From a virus (lineage: Duplodnaviria > Heunggongvirae > Uroviricota > Caudoviricetes), in IMG/VR virus record IMGVR_UViG_3300021255_000128, positions 64,001-128,000 of that record: 64,000 bases of DNA, one strand, 5' to 3'. Positions 61,399 to 64,000 of the stretch are shown here, in pieces. The notes below the pieces were generated by a model that worked only from the letters and a program-made list of their open reading frames with translations, was not told the DNA's origin and searched no databases. Position 1 is the first letter of the stretch. Every line of letters begins with the position of its first letter. Position numbers and translations under genes: made by a program.

Positions 61399-61812
61399 TT
61401 TTAATTTTACTCTGCAATGAACACATAAAAAGTTTTTAGCAACTGGAAACATTGCTCTACCAATTTCTCCAGTAAGATACTGATATTCTTCAGAAAATGG
61501 ATCAATTCCATCTCGTTCACAAATATGCATTGCTAAATGACCTTTTTCGTGATCAAATGTATTTTGAAATTCTGCAGGAGATGAAGTTAAACCAATAACA
61601 ATAACAGAACATCTACCTTTTAGATTAGAATATGTCAATCCTGTGTTATATCGTTGCTTTAACAAACTCTCAGCGATTTCATCTAACTTCTTTTCTGTAC
61701 ATCCGATTTCTTCTAATTCTCCCAATATATCATCCATATAATAAGTATCAACAGCATAATATATTGTGACATATCAATCTCAATCTTCAAGGTAGAAATT
61801 CTGTTTAATCAT
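61387..61812 (-). CDS. Hypothetical protein with HExxH-like motif (HEKGH), 141 aa (two TGA)
   Basis: True start ATG 61812 (MIKQNFYLEDWDW); ..FDHEKGHLA.HI..SEEYQYL suggests a metal-binding or zincin-like site. Confidence 0.7.
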
Positions 61813-62222
61813 TATATCATATCTTCTCAAACAATTGGAATTCCCGATCCAATACAATCTGCATAAAATCTAGTAAATGGAAGTTCAGAATAGCCATCTT
61901 GATCGTCGACATAATCTTTAACAAATAATGCCATATGACGTTCATCTTCAATTGAAGATCCCATATAATCAGCCATACACATATTTGCTGCAAAGACATA
62001 ATCATATCCAATTTTGTTTTCAAGTCGAATACTATATCTTTTTAAAATTTCATCAACACTTTCTTTTGAGACAGGGATGATAAAATTTTTCTTTCCATTT
62101 GCATCCTTTTTATACATTCTGGATGTTGCCCAATCGCACATTTTCTTTGAGAAGTGTCAACCGTAAACACTTAGATAATCCTCCATTCCAGAAGGAAACT
62201 TATCTCTTGCATCCAATCTCAT
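61812..62222 (-). CDS. Conserved hypothetical phage protein, 136 aa (two TGA)
   Basis: YGW(TGA)HFSKKMCDWA..YDYVF.ANM..ADY..SS..DE..A..VKD.VDD.D..FTRFYAD..G.PIVW(TGA)EDMI. Confidence 0.8.
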
Positions 62223-62224
62223 TT

Positions 62225-62413
62225 CTAACGATATCTACCCCTACTATCTCTCATTCTATAAGAACGCATTGAACCGCGTTCTCCTAACTCTTCCATTGCA
62301 GCTTCGAAGCCATCTTCATAACCGCATTCATATGCTTCCTCTACAGACTTCTCTTTACGACCCATTCTATAATCGTGATCGTAGCCTTCCCTAATTTCCC
62401 ACATTCTATTCAT
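62225..62413 (-). CDS. Small charged Arg/Glu/Tyr-rich protein, 62 aa
   Basis: AYECGYEDG and C-terminal RDSRGRY motifs. Confidence 0.7.
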   Translation of the reverse strand: MNRMWEIREGYDHDYRMGRKEKSVEEAYECGYEDGFEAAMEELGERGSMRSYRMRDSRGRYR

Positions 62414-62912
62414 GCTTTTGTCCTTTTAATTGCTCAACCAGTAAGGCCATATTTTTAGTCATCTCATTCATTTGTGCACGTAAAGATGCTATTTCTTGCT
62501 GTTGAGCTTGCTTCTCTGCAACTTCTGGATTAAAGTCTGATAGCAACTTATCATATTGCTCAATTAGTGCTTTATGATAACCAATACTATTTATTATTTC
62601 TATACTTTTTTGCTTGGCGCTAACTATTTCAGCGTTCATAGCTTCTCTACTATCAGAAATTACAATATTTTCACCATTACTATAAGAATCAGAAATATCT
62701 GCTTGTGCGGGTAAAGAATTGTAATTAACAGTTGTATCATTTAATTTCACAACTAAATCAACGATCATTTCTTGAGGTTGTCCAAAGTTATGAGGTATTT
62801 GATACTTTGGTTTTGGAATTGGCTGATTAATTACATAACCGGTTTCCAATCTTGCATTATCTCCTTTATGGAGAACATATATTGGACTATTTGGTCTTAC
62901 TGATTGAAACAT
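62406..62912 (-). CDS. Conserved hypothetical protein with C-terminal coiled coil, 168 aa
   Basis: ORF track; MFQSVRPNSPIYVLHK..LNPE-like motif. Confidence 0.75.
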   Translation of the reverse strand: MFQSVRPNSPIYVLHKGDNARLETGYVINQPIPKPKYQIPHNFGQPQEMIVDLVVKLNDTTVNYNSLPAQADISDSYSNGENIVISDSREAMNAEIVSAKQKSIEIINSIGYHKALIEQYDKLLSDFNPEVAEKQAQQQEIASLRAQMNEMTKNMALLVEQLKGQKHE

Positions 62913-62915
62913 AAA

Positions 62916-63248
62916 TTAAACTAATAATTGTAAAACTCCATTGAATCTATCATAAAATACTAAATGAATTCCTTCTTCTAGATCAGCTCCAGTCACTGCA
63001 GCACCACCGAAAGTAGTTAAAGCGATTGTAGTACCAGCAATGCTTGGTACATTAAAACTAACCGGAAGTGTTGTAGTAGTTGGGGTTTCATCAACTCTGA
63101 CAGCAATTAAACCAGAAAATCTTGGAGTAACTGCAGGTGAAGCATTAAAGTTATAAACAGCAGCTGTAGTAGATTCTGTTATACTTGCTACTTCAATACA
63201 AGGAATTCCATTAAGATTCACTCTATTAAATATAAAACTCGTTGCCAT
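62916..63248 (-). CDS. Hypothetical beta-rich protein, 110 aa
   Basis: ORF track; coupled within the cassette. Confidence 0.72.
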   Translation of the reverse strand: MATSFIFNRVNLNGIPCIEVASITESTTAAVYNFNASPAVTPRFSGLIAVRVDETPTTTTLPVSFNVPSIAGTTIALTTFGGAAVTGADLEEGIHLVFYDRFNGVLQLLV

Positions 63249-63271
63249 AGTACAAGCCCCTCCTAAGCTGA

Positions 63272-64000
63272 TTAAGCCCAGATAGAGCCTGTTCCATAAT
63301 AAGGATATCCACCATAGAAACCGTTACCATATAAAGAATATGCAGGAACGGCGGTAAGTTGAGGGTACTGAACAGAAACGGTTGCAGGTTGTGCAGCTTT
63401 AATTTCAGAAACTTCTTTCTGAATTGGAGCAAGCATTGCGGCAACAGCTGCTGTTTGATTAGCATTATCAATCTGTCCTTTAAGGTTGTTATTCTGTGCA
63501 GTAAGAGTATCAATCTTGTTTTGAAGTTCACGCTCTTTAAGTGCACAGAACTGATCGTTCATAGCAATAGTTTGTGCATTAATTGCGTTGATAATAGAAC
63601 CAGTGTTTCTATCAGCTTGTGAACCAAGTTGATTGGTCTGTTCAATAGTTTGGATTCTGGATTCGTAACCTTGCTGTGTGGTTAAGAGGCGATTCTCGCA
63701 GCAACACTCCTGAAGTTTTGCAACTATAGAAGCGTCGCCGGAAAGAATTGCATTTTGAACCTGAAGACCAGTCATACCAGTCTGAGCAGCAACATTTGCA
63801 ATAGCCATACGTGCATCATTAACTGCAGATGACATCGTGTTAAAATCAGAATTAAAAGTAGTAGCTAGCTGACGAACATCAGCATCAGTACCATTAATTG
63901 CCTGAAGGATTACATCGGTATTATTATCGTTATTAAGCATGTTGCCAACGCCATAACCGTTTCCTCCAAATCCACCGAAGCCGCCCCAACCACCGTTGAG
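63272..64000 (-). CDS. Gly-rich N-terminus / coiled-coil ECCCENR protein (5' truncated by window edge)
   Basis: The frame stays open to base 64000 (LNGGWGGFGGFGGNGYG); highly-expressed-type codon usage; ends TAA. Confidence 0.8.
   Translation of the reverse strand, partial: LNGGWGGFGGFGGNGYGVGNMLNNDNNTDVILQAINGTDADVRQLATTFNSDFNTMSSAVNDARMAIANVAAQTGMTGLQVQNAILSGDASIVAKLQECCCENRLLTTQQGYESRIQTIEQTNQLGSQADRNTGSIINAINAQTIAMNDQFCALKERELQNKIDTLTAQNNNLKGQIDNANQTAAVAAMLAPIQKEVSEIKAAQPATVSVQYPQLTAVPAYSLYGNGFYGGYPYYGTGSIWA

Noticed and set aside
1-64000. TAG-to-Gln recoding (the other code known in crAss-like phages)
   Set aside because: No in-frame TAG was met inside any reconstructed gene, and TAG is the real terminator of MCP, the muzzle gene and several others.
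1-64000. Suppressor tRNA-Trp(UCA) or other tRNA genes
   Set aside because: No cloverleaf with a T-arm GTTCRA in intergenic DNA was found by eye; the GTTCGA hits are inside coding sequence. One may lie outside the window, and tRNAscan/ARAGORN should confirm.
1-64000. CRISPR array, diversity-generating retroelement or retron
   Set aside because: No regularly spaced direct repeats, no reverse-transcriptase motif and no TR/VR pair were seen.

Overview
This is 64 kb of an AT-rich crAss-like (Crassvirales) phage genome, probably infecting a Bacteroidota host (TTTG-N20-TAnnTTTG promoters). It uses an alternative genetic code in which TGA = Trp. The supplied ORF track is fragmented because it treats TGA as stop; reading TGA as W restores continuous genes and invariant motifs (thioredoxin WCGPC, DUF192 FWMKxT, NrdD NWDKADGYW). 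The + strand (1-12.8 kb) holds a nucleotide-metabolism and RNA-repair module: nrdD, nrdG, thioredoxin, dUTPase, DNA ligase, YqeY-like protein, RNA ligase, nucleotidyltransferase-like protein, an interrupted polynucleotide kinase, intron-containing thyX and dNMP kinase. The - strand (12.9-64 kb) holds the late module. It has three giant virion-associated genes (about 3136 aa with an SF1 helicase domain; about 3358 aa RNA polymerase with GSDLDIDK plus a zincin; about 1496 aa with a PD-(D/E)xK nuclease). It also has cargo proteins sharing KxQxGG motifs, the muzzle/tail-stabilisation protein, IHF-like and ring proteins, a major capsid gene split by three group I introns, a scaffold-like protein, a membrane/spanin-like cluster and an uncharacterised cassette. 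Four group I introns can be placed to the nucleotide using P1/P10 pairing, and two encode GIY-YIG homing endonucleases. The least explained signals are: (1) a 7-nt stop-containing insertion inside the PNK Walker A directly after a 14-15 bp hairpin; (2) gene-specific avoidance of TGA (major capsid, RNA ligase); (3) a hidden antisense transcription unit of about 115 nt carrying a 22-aa ORF at a divergent promoter. No suppressor tRNA, CRISPR array or reverse transcriptase was seen. All translations and counts were done by eye, and family assignments come from motif recognition, not database searches.
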